Shown here in pieces: positions 11,359-21,536 of a stretch of DNA of 64,000 nt. The notes beneath the pieces are model-generated. The model did not search any database and was not told the origin of the DNA. It worked only from the letters and a program-made list of their open reading frames with translations. Made by a program: the position numbers and the translations under genes. Location: IMG/VR virus record IMGVR_UViG_3300022890_000011, positions 64,001-128,000 of that record; one strand, 5' to 3'. Origin of the DNA: a virus. Numbering within the stretch: position 1 is the first letter of the stretch; every line of letters starts with the position of its first letter.

Positions 11359-11385
11359 AGACGTAAAAATAAAATTTAGGTTGCC
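11359..11385 (-). promoter_or_regulatory. ECF sigma-type promoter upstream of the T9SS-cargo operon
   Basis: Minus strand reads GGCAACC-TAAATTTTATTTTTA-CGTCT, i.e. AAC-N16-CGT, about 30 nt before the ATG at 11330. Confidence 0.6.
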
Positions 11386-11411
11386 TTAAAAAATTTATTT
11401 ATTTTTATTTT

Positions 11412-11866
11412 TTACATTAATCCTAATTTATCAGCTTCCATTGTTGAATCATCTATTATTGAATCCATTAAAAATGATGTCAATTCAGACGAATTTATTG
11501 AAGATATTTTGTCGTGTTTATGAAATTTAAATAACCATCTTCATTTTCTTTAATTTCAATGAGTGAGTCCCAATCAAAATCAGGTAATTCTTCAACAACA
11601 TCAATATCATATTCATAGTATTTTGAATTATTAGATAGTAAGAGGATTCAAGAATTTTTATTTTCTTTAGGATATTGAATTAATATTTTATGATTTTTTA
11701 ATTTTCCTGGTATTCTTAATATAAAGATATCATGGTTTTTGTCTGAATCTTCTTCACTAAAAGTACTGAATTTTTCTAATTCCTTGATCCTGTTTATTAA
11801 TTCTTCATTTAGGTTTTTTATTTGATGATTATCATTGAATTCATAAAATTTAGTCTTCATCTTCAT
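11412..11866 (-). pseudogene. Broken hypothetical gene (capsid-targeting-like start, KLGLM tail)
   Basis: Frame stays open about 50 codons past the TGA at 11648-50; a -1 shift near TTTAAAT then gives an end MEADKLGLM*. Confidence 0.55.
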
Positions 11867-12179
11867 CTAATTTCTTTTTTAAATTCATTTGTAATAAAGC
11901 TTTAATTTTTTTAATAGCTTTCTTTCTTTTTTGACCTTCATTAGAAATTGGATTTTCTAGATTATCTTTCCATTTATCTTTGAATATACTACCTTTACTT
12001 GTAGCACCACCAGTTTTGTACCATTCTCCACCTATTTGTCCCCCCTGGCCACCAGCTACATTATCAGTAGATATTTGTGTTCTGTTATCGCCACTAAATT
12101 GTGTTAAATTTGGTCCGTTGTAAGTATCATATGGTACACCTTCATGTACTTTTTTATATTCTTTAAACTTTATAATCAT
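11850..12179 (-). CDS. Hypothetical protein, capsid-targeting-like N-terminus
   Basis: MIIKFKEYKKVHEGVP; Gly-rich centre. Confidence 0.55.
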   Translation of the reverse strand: MIIKFKEYKKVHEGVPYDTYNGPNLTQFSGDNRTQISTDNVAGGQGGQIGGEWYKTGGATSKGSIFKDKWKDNLENPISNEGQKRKKAIKKIKALLQMNLKKKLDEDED

Positions 12180-12254
12180 GTATATTTTTTAATTTTTTAA
12201 TTAAATCTTCATTATATTTAATCCTTAATAAATTTATATTTTCACTAAAATTCA

Positions 12255-12497
12255 TTATAATTTTAAATTATTCTTTTTAATTATATTTACTAAGATATTT
12301 TCAACTGATGTTAACCGTTTATCTATATTTTTGATATTACTATTAACTTTTTTAAAATTTGTTTCCATTGTTTTTCTTTGATAAGATAATTCAACTAAAA
12401 TTTTATCCATTTTATTTTCATTTAAAATATCTTCGTTTAATGTTAAATTTGGTACACCTTCATATACTTTTTTATATTCTTTAAATTTTATAATCAC
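12255..12497 (-). CDS. Chimeric coiled-coil protein from a local tandem duplication
   Basis: N-terminus matches 11850..12179; C-terminus (DKILVELSYQRKT...NNLK) matches 12502..12924. Confidence 0.6.
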   Translation of the reverse strand: MIIKFKEYKKVYEGVPNLTLNEDILNENKMDKILVELSYQRKTMETNFKKVNSNIKNIDKRLTSVENILVNIIKKNNLKL

Positions 12498-12501
12498 AAA
12501 A

Positions 12502-12924
12502 TTATTTTGTTTTTAAATTGTTTAAATGTATAATTTCAACTAAAAATTTATTAGTTGTATTAACATTTTGAATTGTTTCTTCTAGTCTTTTTTCAATTTT
12601 ATCAAATCTTTTTTCAAATGTTTTTCGTTGATATGATAATTCAATAAGTATTTTATCAAATTTTACATCTTCGGTTAATAAATCATATGCCTCATTTAAT
12701 TTTTCAAACATAGAACCTTCTCCTAAATTTACAATATGATTATAAACATCATTTTCAGACATATCTAATGTTTCTGCTGTATCTTCTAATGCTTGCCATA
12801 TATCACTAGATTTTTTAAATTCTTCATAATATGTATTATATACATTTTGAGATATTTTAATATCAGATTTTATTTCTGATTGTACTTGTGTTTCTAAAAA
12901 TTCGTATAATTTATGTATTTTCAT
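12502..12924 (-). CDS. Hypothetical protein with C-terminal coiled coil
   Basis: MKIHKLYEFLE start; DKILIELSYQRKTFEKRFDKIEKRL. Confidence 0.55.
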   Translation of the reverse strand: MKIHKLYEFLETQVQSEIKSDIKISQNVYNTYYEEFKKSSDIWQALEDTAETLDMSENDVYNHIVNLGEGSMFEKLNEAYDLLTEDVKFDKILIELSYQRKTFEKRFDKIEKRLEETIQNVNTTNKFLVEIIHLNNLKTK

Positions 12925-12938
12925 AATTTTATATTATT

Positions 12939-13709
12939 TTAATCTAATTTTCGTGTAGTTTCTGCATCGAATAATTTCTCATTAATATAATCTATAAGTT
13001 CATTGTATTCATTGTTAGAAATAAATTTGTCAAATATTGTATTATAAAGATCATATTGATGAATAGCATTAAAAAATATATCACATTCTAATTCATCTAT
13101 ATCTTTTTCATATGAAATATTAATTCTATAAAATTCTTCTTCCATTCCTTCAAATTTAATATTATAATCACACATTTGTAGACCTGTGTCTTCAGATAAA
13201 TTGCGATTATCCATATCAACACTAACCACACCATCAATCATATTTATATCTTTTTTAATTTCGTGAAATTGTGTATTAAAATCTGATTCGTTTTCTATAT
13301 TCGATTTTATATTTTCATCTCCCCAAGTATAATTCGGTTCTGAGAAATAATTTTCAAATGTTTTTAAAAAATAATCCTCATTCATTGATTCTTTTGGATA
13401 ATCCCAGTCTGTATATTTGCTTATATACATTGTAGATTTATCTTCAGATTCATAACTTTCTTTTTTAGATTTTTTAGATTTTCTTTTAGATTTTGGTTTA
13501 TCTTTTTTCTTTTTCTTTTCATCTTTAGAAACTTGATGAGTTGAAGATCCAGCTGGAAGATCACCAGAACCTTTTATAGAACCTGCCACATCACCTGGAG
13601 TAGATGAAGGTTGAGGAGTAACCACTGCACCCATACCACCTGTATTTCCAGCGGTCGCCATTGCCATGCCTTCTTCATTTATAAAATCATTGTATCTTTT
13701 TATTTTCAT
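12939..13709 (-). CDS. Hypothetical putative virion/internal head protein
   Basis: MKIKRYNDFINEE start; GNTGGMGAVVTPQP motif; Lys-rich stretch. Confidence 0.5.
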   Translation of the reverse strand: MKIKRYNDFINEEGMAMATAGNTGGMGAVVTPQPSSTPGDVAGSIKGSGDLPAGSSTHQVSKDEKKKKKDKPKSKRKSKKSKKESYESEDKSTMYISKYTDWDYPKESMNEDYFLKTFENYFSEPNYTWGDENIKSNIENESDFNTQFHEIKKDINMIDGVVSVDMDNRNLSEDTGLQMCDYNIKFEGMEEEFYRINISYEKDIDELECDIFFNAIHQYDLYNTIFDKFISNNEYNELIDYINEKLFDAETTRKLD

Positions 13710-13734
13710 AATAATTTTTTAGCTTTTTCAGAAT

Positions 13735-14232
13735 TTAATAAATTTTATTTAAAATACCACGAGACTTAATATGATACCAATCTGTAAATGTTATTTCTTT
13801 ACTGGTTTCAGATCTATATGCATCAATATTTGACATTCTGTTTCCCATCCATCCATATTTTGAAAATTCACCTGATTTTGTTTTGACATATATTTCAATG
13901 AAAAAATCTTCACCATGATAATCATAACTTTTAGTAAAAGTTTCTAAAAAACTATTAATATCAATATTCAAATTGTAAAAATAACTAATAATCGAAATAT
14001 TATTTGAAATATCATAATCCATAATTCCATTTATATTTGTTATTATTAATTTAAAATTACTATCAGTTTCTCTTAATTTAATTTCTTCTTTAGGTTTACT
14101 AAAACCTTCTAATATAAAATCATCAAAAGATTTCATATTTCTCCAAACAGAACCAGGCACTTTTTTTGGTTGAGGAGTGACTATAGGTCCCATTCCACCT
14201 TGATTTCCTTTAGTACTATATGATTTACCCAT
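13735..14232 (-). CDS. Hypothetical protein sharing the GNxGGMGxxVTPQP motif
   Basis: GNQGGMGPIVTPQP followed by internal MKSFDDFILE. Confidence 0.5.
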   Translation of the reverse strand: MGKSYSTKGNQGGMGPIVTPQPKKVPGSVWRNMKSFDDFILEGFSKPKEEIKLRETDSNFKLIITNINGIMDYDISNNISIISYFYNLNIDINSFLETFTKSYDYHGEDFFIEIYVKTKSGEFSKYGWMGNRMSNIDAYRSETSKEITFTDWYHIKSRGILNKIY

Positions 14233-14319
14233 AAAATTTATTTAATTTGATTTATATTAATGGTATATATAAAAATAGAATTTTCATTTAATATATAGTC
14301 TAAAAATAGAAATAATAAA

Positions 14320-14895
14320 ATGATAAAAATATATGAGAATTTTGTAGAACAAAATGCAATAGTTGAGAAACTTAATGCATTAATGAAAGGATTTATGAAA
14401 ACTATTAAACAATGGTTTACAACAGGTTCATTTTCAAAACACGGTCTCACATTATACGATCTTGAAGAAAGTTCGATTACAGATAAATTAGAAAAAAGTC
14501 TGATATTTTCATTTAGTGATGATAGCAACTTTTATCAAGTAGAATTTGTCATCAGATTAGCCGATTATCAAGAAGGAATATTCAAAAAAGCTTTTCTTAA
14601 AGTTAAAAAATATGCTCTACACGAACAACCAACTGATAGTTTATCTGGTATGATGGTTGATGTGTGGGATTCTAATGATCCAAATAATAATCCAAAAGGT
14701 GATGGTCAAATTGACATTTCTGAATTTACAGAAGATAAAATTATTGACATAATCTCTGAAATGGATAATGAGCCTCAAGCTCCTGGTACTAGTGAAGAAG
14801 GTACAAAATCTATGGAGGGTGATGTTGTTAAACAAGAATTACCACAACCTCAAACACAAGAAGGTGGTGAATTACAAGATGAATTTGAATTTTAA
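14320..14895 (+). CDS. Acidic hypothetical protein
   Basis: MIKIYENFVE start; preceded by TAATATATA. Confidence 0.55.
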   Translation: MIKIYENFVEQNAIVEKLNALMKGFMKTIKQWFTTGSFSKHGLTLYDLEESSITDKLEKSLIFSFSDDSNFYQVEFVIRLADYQEGIFKKAFLKVKKYALHEQPTDSLSGMMVDVWDSNDPNNNPKGDGQIDISEFTEDKIIDIISEMDNEPQAPGTSEEGTKSMEGDVVKQELPQPQTQEGGELQDEFEF

Positions 14896-14910
14896 AAATA
14901 ATATTTTTTT

Positions 14911-15429
14911 ATGAGTAAACTAAAACCATTAAAAATTGTTGCAAGTTCACAAGTATTAAGAATATTTTCAAAAATAGAAATATTTGTTCTCGATTTAGGT
15001 TTTAATTTAACAGGTCCTGTTGATTATAAGAAAAAGGAACCTATGAAAATTAAAATTTCAGACCCATTTATTAAAAAATATAAAGCTGATTATAACCGAT
15101 ATATACATAAATTTGGTGATATTGGTATATTAAAATTTTATAGTGATGAAAATTTACTTTTAAATGAAATGTATATTTTTGATGATGATAATATTTATGA
15201 AATAGAATTAGATATTACTGAAATTAAAAGAGAACCAAGAAAATATTTATCAGTAATCATAGAAAAAATTAATACTCATCAAAAAATGCCAAATATAATT
15301 TCAAGTCCTTTAAGTGAAGTTAAAGGTTATGGTAACGTGCCTGATGAATTAGAATCACCTAAACTAAGTTTACCAAAAGAGGAATTTATAAGACAAATGG
15401 TAGAGTATCATGAGAATCAATTTAAATAA
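14911..15429 (+). CDS. Hypothetical protein
   Basis: 172-aa ORF in a co-directional run. Confidence 0.5.
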   Translation: MSKLKPLKIVASSQVLRIFSKIEIFVLDLGFNLTGPVDYKKKEPMKIKISDPFIKKYKADYNRYIHKFGDIGILKFYSDENLLLNEMYIFDDDNIYEIELDITEIKREPRKYLSVIIEKINTHQKMPNIISSPLSEVKGYGNVPDELESPKLSLPKEEFIRQMVEYHENQFK

Positions 15430-15452
15430 TTATAAAATCAATTTAAAATAAT

Positions 15453-16742
15453 ATGTCAAATAAGAAAGCAAAAACAGGTTTAATACAAGACCAAAAAGCC
15501 TTACATCCAGGATGGAGAAGCGGTGGACAAGGTAAACAAAAACAAACTGCAAATTTTATTGGTGATCAATTATATAAACCAACATCAACGGTTGAAACAC
15601 CTAAAGGTCAAAATGCATATAATCAACCAAATATTATTAGCGATAATGTTATAGATACTGATATGGATGCTTATAATCAACCAAATATTGAAGATGATAA
15701 TTTAATGCTATCTGATGAAGAAGTATATATTCAACCAAATATAGAAAATGATAATGTTCCAAATGATTATTTTGATGCCTATTCACAACCAAATATTGAA
15801 AATGATAACGTGATATCATCTAATGAAGATGCTTATATTCAACCAGATATTGAAGATGATAATTTAATGACTACGAATGAAGAAGTATATATTCAACCAG
15901 ATATTGAAAATGATAATTTAATGCCATCTAATGAAGATGCTTATTTACAACCGGAATTAATTGAAACTACTTTACAAGGTGATGTAGAGGTTTATGAACA
16001 ACCAACTGTTGTTTTTGATAATGAGATGGTAACTGGTTTAGATGCTTATTTACAACCTGAGTTAATTAAAGATAAATTTGAAGGTGATACAAAATCTTAT
16101 GAACAACCAGATATTCAATTAGATAAATATGATGGTGATAAAGATGTTTATAAACAACCAAATCCTTTAAAAACCGAATTTGAAAAAAATCCAATTTCTT
16201 ATAAACAACCTGAAATTGAAATAAATAAATTTGAAGGTGAAAGAGATGCATATACTCAACCTAATATTCAACAAATGATTGATGAAGAAATGGCTAAATT
16301 AGGTAATATATATAATGAAGTTACACTCAAAGCTATTAGAAGAAAATTAGAACATGAAATGGTTTATAAATTTCAACAAAAAAAGAAAAAAGTTGAATTG
16401 GGTAATATTGGTGTAACTAAAGAGAAAGAAGAAAAATTAGAAGATAAATTATATGCTGAAGGATATGATGAAAATACTATAAAAGCAATTGATAGAAAAT
16501 TACAAGGTGAAATTTTATATGAACAAAAGAGTTTAGAAAGTGCTAGAAAAAATATAATGGTTAAAAAATCTCTTGGTGATGTTACACAAAAAATTAATGT
16601 AGGGTTTAATTTAGGTAACATATATGATGAAACTATTATAACAAATGCAACTAAAAATCTAGATAATCAAAGATCAACATCAAATGATATTGAAGAAAAA
16701 ATTAAAGAAATCGCAAGAAAAAGGCAAATAGGAGAATTATAA
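15453..16742 (+). CDS. Acidic repeat protein
   Basis: About 12 imperfect 18-20-aa repeats with core [DE][AV]YxQPxIE. Confidence 0.65.
   Translation: MSNKKAKTGLIQDQKALHPGWRSGGQGKQKQTANFIGDQLYKPTSTVETPKGQNAYNQPNIISDNVIDTDMDAYNQPNIEDDNLMLSDEEVYIQPNIENDNVPNDYFDAYSQPNIENDNVISSNEDAYIQPDIEDDNLMTTNEEVYIQPDIENDNLMPSNEDAYLQPELIETTLQGDVEVYEQPTVVFDNEMVTGLDAYLQPELIKDKFEGDTKSYEQPDIQLDKYDGDKDVYKQPNPLKTEFEKNPISYKQPEIEINKFEGERDAYTQPNIQQMIDEEMAKLGNIYNEVTLKAIRRKLEHEMVYKFQQKKKKVELGNIGVTKEKEEKLEDKLYAEGYDENTIKAIDRKLQGEILYEQKSLESARKNIMVKKSLGDVTQKINVGFNLGNIYDETIITNATKNLDNQRSTSNDIEEKIKEIARKRQIGEL
15610..16275 (+). repeat. Coding tandem repeat, 54-60 bp period
   Basis: Recurring gatgcttat..tcaacca.atattgaa.atgataat. 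Confidence 0.75.
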
Positions 16743-16952
16743 ATATGAACTTAAACGAAAATAATTTAAATATAAACATATCATTATTAGATTTTTGTAA
16801 ATTTATTAAAAAAGAACATATAGGTAAAGAAGATGATATAGTATATCATTATATAGAAAATTTTTTAAAAATTGAAGAATTTATAGATATTGATAATATT
16901 AAAGATTTATTAGAAAATCAATAAAAATAAACGTAAAAATAAAACAAAATTT

Positions 16953-17624
16953 ATGAAAAAAGGAATGATATCTAAATTGTTAAATAAATCAAAAAATAAA
17001 TGTAAAATTATGGCAAAATCTAAATGTAAAGTGTTATTGGATAATGGTCACGGTGGAATTATAAATGGCATTTATCAAACTGCTGGAAAAAGATCACCTG
17101 TTTGGCCTGATGGTAGACAATTATTTGAAGGTGAATTTAATAGAGCAATTGTTAGTAGAGTTGCAAAATTATTAGATGATAAAGGTATTGATAATATGAT
17201 ATTAGTACCTGAACTTAAAGATATATCTCTTGGAACTAGAGTTAGTAGAGCTAATAAAGAATATATACATGATAAAAGATGTATTTTTTTATCAGTTCAT
17301 GCAAATGCTGGAAAAGGTACTGGATTCGAAGTATTTACAAGTCCTGGAGAGACTAAATCAGATAAACATGCTACTATTTATTTTAATGAATATAAAAAAG
17401 AATTTCCTGAATTAAGAGCAAGACAAGATATAACTGATGGAGATCCAGACAAAGAGGCTAATTACTATGTATTAGTTCATACTTACATGCCCGCTTGTTT
17501 AATGGAATGTTCATTTATGGATACATTAGAACCAGATTGTGAGATGTTGTTTAGTGATGATGATAGAGATAGATTTGCTCAAGCTTTAGTTGATGGTATA
17601 TTAGAAATTGAAAAGACATATTAA
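16953..17624 (+). CDS. N-acetylmuramoyl-L-alanine amidase (amidase_3), candidate endolysin; start possibly at 17010
   Basis: LLDNGHGG, E.EFN, SLGTRV.RAN, LSVHANA, GFEVF, PACLME Zn-ligand and catalytic motifs. Confidence 0.9.
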   Translation: MKKGMISKLLNKSKNKCKIMAKSKCKVLLDNGHGGIINGIYQTAGKRSPVWPDGRQLFEGEFNRAIVSRVAKLLDDKGIDNMILVPELKDISLGTRVSRANKEYIHDKRCIFLSVHANAGKGTGFEVFTSPGETKSDKHATIYFNEYKKEFPELRARQDITDGDPDKEANYYVLVHTYMPACLMECSFMDTLEPDCEMLFSDDDRDRFAQALVDGILEIEKTY

Positions 17625-17629
17625 TTTTA

Positions 17630-17872
17630 ATGAACAAAATGATGAAATTTAAGCACTTTGTTAATGAAAACCTAACCGAAAAAAGATTTATTGATAATTT
17701 CAAGGAAAAATTCTTGTTTTATTTCAATAATAATGAACTATATAATAATAAATTTAAAAAGCATATAGATAAGAGGATATATTCATTTTTTATTGATTTA
17801 AAGAAACATTATAAAAATATGAGAGAACCAGGATGGAAAGACAAATATAATCTCACAGAACATGATAACTAA
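17630..17872 (+). CDS. Short paralog of the C-terminus of 17862..18629
   Basis: FKKHIDKRIY versus FQKHIDKRLY; MKFKHFVNE start. Confidence 0.5.
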   Translation: MNKMMKFKHFVNENLTEKRFIDNFKEKFLFYFNNNELYNNKFKKHIDKRIYSFFIDLKKHYKNMREPGWKDKYNLTEHDN

Positions 17873-18629
17873 ATTTAAATTATTCGAAAGAAGTGATATT
17901 GAACAAAGTGAAAAATTTGAAAAAATTTCTCGTTATATATTACGTGTTATTAAAAGACACTTCAATAAATGTATTAAGAATTTTTTAGATGATGATGACA
18001 AAGAACAATTAAATAATAATTTACAATCATTAAAATATAAAGATACCACTATACAACTTGTAAAAAATATGAATATTTCATATGCTAAAGACACTACTGG
18101 TAATAAATATTTAAATATAGGTTTAGAATCAATATTAGTATTAATAAAAGAAATAGAAACTGCTGCTAAACAAGGTAAATTAACAAAAGATTATATTAAA
18201 AATGTCAATATTTATAACTTATTAGATAAGTGGGAAAAATCTGCAATTATACATGAATTAACACACAAATCTGATGATGAAACATTTGATTTATTTGGTG
18301 ATCTCTTATTAAAGATTTATGGTAAAAAAGAACCAACAAAAGAAGAAATAGAAAAAGATTCTTTTGAAAAATATATGAAAATATATAATGATATTCCAAC
18401 TGAATATAATGCATATTTTATACAAATGACAAATGTAATTATAAATAAAATAAAAATAAATCCAAAAATATTAAATTCTTTTGGTGTATTTAAAAAATAC
18501 TTTTTAATATATTTTAAACATTATTCAAATGATTTATATGATAAAGGCAGGTTTCAAAAACATATTGATAAAAGATTATATTTATTGTACCAGAATCTTA
18601 CAGATAAAGAAAAAGTCAACATTAGTTGA
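17862..18629 (+). CDS. Putative zincin metallopeptidase-like protein
   Basis: IIHELTH (HExxH) plus downstream TEYNAY; MITKFKLFE start. Confidence 0.5.
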   Translation: MITKFKLFERSDIEQSEKFEKISRYILRVIKRHFNKCIKNFLDDDDKEQLNNNLQSLKYKDTTIQLVKNMNISYAKDTTGNKYLNIGLESILVLIKEIETAAKQGKLTKDYIKNVNIYNLLDKWEKSAIIHELTHKSDDETFDLFGDLLLKIYGKKEPTKEEIEKDSFEKYMKIYNDIPTEYNAYFIQMTNVIINKIKINPKILNSFGVFKKYFLIYFKHYSNDLYDKGRFQKHIDKRLYLLYQNLTDKEKVNIS

Positions 18630-18634
18630 CTTTT
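18611..18634. terminator. Bidirectional terminator hairpin between convergent genes
   Basis: AAAAGTCAAC-ATTA-GTTGACTTTT. Confidence 0.7.
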
Positions 18635-18640
18635 CTTGTT

Positions 18641-20166
18641 TTAGAAATCATACCATTTACCATTTTTCTTTGTTTTGTGTAGTTCATTTATTTTAAAACT
18701 CCACGAATTAAAATCAAGTAATCTACAACCTGATTTTATGATAATTTTATGTACTTCTTTATAAATTTTCGCCTCCACTATCTGATAGGGGGCTTGGTAT
18801 CCATTACGATGGACCCATTCGACTCTCCAAAGTCGTAATCTACTTTTAGATTCCATGATTAAACAAGGAAATCATTAAGTATCTGGGTCTTTATATATAC
18901 ACCAAACTTCTTCTACATCATCTAAAACAGTTAATATTTCTGTAGTTGTATTATACACAAATTTATGTTTTGTTTTTAATTGATCTATATTATTAGTGAA
19001 AACTTCTGTAACAAAATCAGAATTAATAGTAAATAAACTATTATTATTAATAAGTGACTTTCTTTTAAGATTCGTCAGTTTCATCTATTATATTTTGTTT
19101 TTTAATTACAATCTCATTTAATATTGATATCATTCGTAGAAAAAATTCTTGATTTTGTTTAAAATTATCTAAGAATTCATCACTACCATATTCTTCAACT
19201 AATTGTTTTTTAGTTTCTAATATAACTGGATCTTTAACTTCATCGTTAAAAAATAAGACATAAAGTTGCTGCAATGTCATATGATAAAAATGCTCTGGTG
19301 CAATCTTACCATTTTCTTCATACAAAAACCAATCATATGTGTATATTTCTTCACCCTTATCAGTTATTAACTTTTTCGGTATTATTTTAATATATGCTTC
19401 CATTAGTATTTTAATTGTATTTCTTCTACATCAAATTCTTCTAAAAATTCATTGAACCAACTTTGCACTTCATTTATTATCTCTTGTTCTTTATCATCTT
19501 CATATGGTATTTTATAAGGTTCTTCATAATTCCATAGTGAACCCATTGATTTTTCTATATATTCAAATTCTAATAAACGATGATATACACCTTTTATTTT
19601 AAATGTTGTTTCAATAAATTCAGCAAATTCTGTTGCATCTATATAGTTATAAATCTTCATTAGTATTTTAATTGTATGTCTTCTTGAGGATTATTCCATA
19701 CTAAATCTATATGATCCATTGTATATAATTCTTCTAGATTTTCAGAATATCTATTTCCTGAAATTTTATACCATCTTCCATCTGGTGCTGCAAAATATAC
19801 ATAATTACCCCATGTAACATCCATATGAAATAAAATATCATATTCATCAAAATAATGTAATATTTCTTCCCAAGTTCTTCCTTTTCCTCCAAATTTAGGT
19901 TTTTCACATCTTTTTACAGGTATTCTTTCATTCATTAAAAATAACCATTTATATGCTTTTTCTCTTTGTTTTCTTGGTAAAATAGTAATTGTAGGTTCAA
20001 AATAATATTCACTTTCTTCTTCATGCTTTGATAAATACCCTTCATTTGATAAATCTACTAGTAGAGGATATTCTTCACTGTCTACTTTAAATTTTATTTG
20101 TTTTTTTCTTTTGTGATAATTGTTAACGAGTTTATATACATCTCGATGTTGATTTGTTATTTCCAT
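18641..20166 (-). CDS. Run of five small hypothetical ORFs (18641..18856, 18875..19084, 19065..19403, 19403..19660, 19660..20166)
   Basis: Tightly coupled ORFs; two of them end in an identical IQLKY*. Confidence 0.5.
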
Positions 20167-20247
20167 TAGAATTTTTTATCTTTAAAAATATATATGTGAA
20201 AATTTTTTTTTTGTTTTTTATTAGAGGAGAAAGAATTTGTTCTCAGA

Positions 20248-20820
20248 CTACAATAACCCCATAGAAATTGAGTCAATTATTTGTTTACAATCTGGATCTT
20301 TTAAAATATTTGGATTTATATCTAGATCATTATTCATTAATAGTTTAAAAAATTCTAAGTTATTATTTATTAAATATTTTTGTATTACTTCTGTTTTAAA
20401 AAAATTACTTGAATATAAATTTTGATACATTCTATATGAAATTAATTTATCTAAACTAACTCTTTTATCTAATAAATAAATAAATTTTAAAACGTCTGAA
20501 TTATCAAATGCATCTACAACACCTAATTCTAAATCACTTTTAAGATAATATTCTGATACTTTCCATTTCTTACCACAATCTTCGGAAAAACAATCTTCAA
20601 TAAATACATTATCTCCAATAAATCTACCTTTTTTAAAATCTATTTTATTATCATATTTTTTCATAGATTCTATGAATTGTTCACCATGTAACCATCTAAT
20701 TAAATAAGATAAATTTGGCATTGAATTTGTAATATCTCTATCAAGAGGATCTTCAAATACAACACTAAAATGATCATGTTTTGCCCATTTATCTTCATTA
20801 TATTTCTTTAAATGATTCAT
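20248..20820 (-). CDS. Hypothetical protein with both terminal tags
   Basis: Starts MNHLKKYNE, ends DSISMGLL*. Confidence 0.55.
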   Translation of the reverse strand: MNHLKKYNEDKWAKHDHFSVVFEDPLDRDITNSMPNLSYLIRWLHGEQFIESMKKYDNKIDFKKGRFIGDNVFIEDCFSEDCGKKWKVSEYYLKSDLELGVVDAFDNSDVLKFIYLLDKRVSLDKLISYRMYQNLYSSNFFKTEVIQKYLINNNLEFFKLLMNNDLDINPNILKDPDCKQIIDSISMGLL

Positions 20821-21061
20821 TATTTATTATATATATTTAAATTTCCTTTGAAAAAAGAATTAATTAGAAGTTAAAATAATATCATAATCTTGCACCAATT
20901 ACTTAATTGGTGGAATTTAGTTGCTGAAAATTCTACTAGTCGCTGAATTAGACGTTACTAACTATTAAATATTCATTTCATTTAGTTTTTTATATCAACG
21001 AGAGCTTTATTATCAAAATCAATTTCGTCATAGATTTTTTCGTTATATTTTTTTAAGTATT

Positions 21062-21502
21062 TCATAATAGTCCTAATTCACCTCCTTGTAGTATATATTC
21101 ATATTTATTTTCTTCTACCCAATTATAAAAATTATATTGAGTAGGATGATGTCCATTTGGATCTGAAAAATATATATCTTCTGTTTCAGCTGTTAATGTA
21201 TAATATAATGGTTCACTTTCTACACTTCCTTCATTTATTACAATAAACCAAATAAAATTTGGTTCTTTTTCAGCTTTAATTTTAATGTAATTTAAAAATT
21301 GTTGTTTTGTTCCTGATGTCATGTTTCTATTTCCAAAAACTATGATATCATCATTATAATGTTCACACATTAATTTAATTGCATTAACAATGTCTTTTCC
21401 TTTTATAAATTTATATCCCCATGATTTTTGATGATTTGTTGGTTTATCATTTTGTATAGGTTTCGATTTAAAAAAGCCTTCGTATGTTTTTAGATTATTC
21501 AT
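21062..21502 (-). CDS. Hypothetical protein with both terminal tags
   Basis: Starts MNNLKTYE, ends QGGELGLL*; followed by a truncated MKYLKKYNE ORF starting at 21065. Confidence 0.55.
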   Translation of the reverse strand: MNNLKTYEGFFKSKPIQNDKPTNHQKSWGYKFIKGKDIVNAIKLMCEHYNDDIIVFGNRNMTSGTKQQFLNYIKIKAEKEPNFIWFIVINEGSVESEPLYYTLTAETEDIYFSDPNGHHPTQYNFYNWVEENKYEYILQGGELGLL

Positions 21503-21536
21503 TTAAATTATATATTAATTTTAATATATAACAATA

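Noticed and set aside
11520-11535. Programmed -1 frameshift at T TTA AAT
   Set aside because: It fits the slippery pattern and the correct frame, but an upstream in-frame TGA and the AT-richness make chance or decay more likely.
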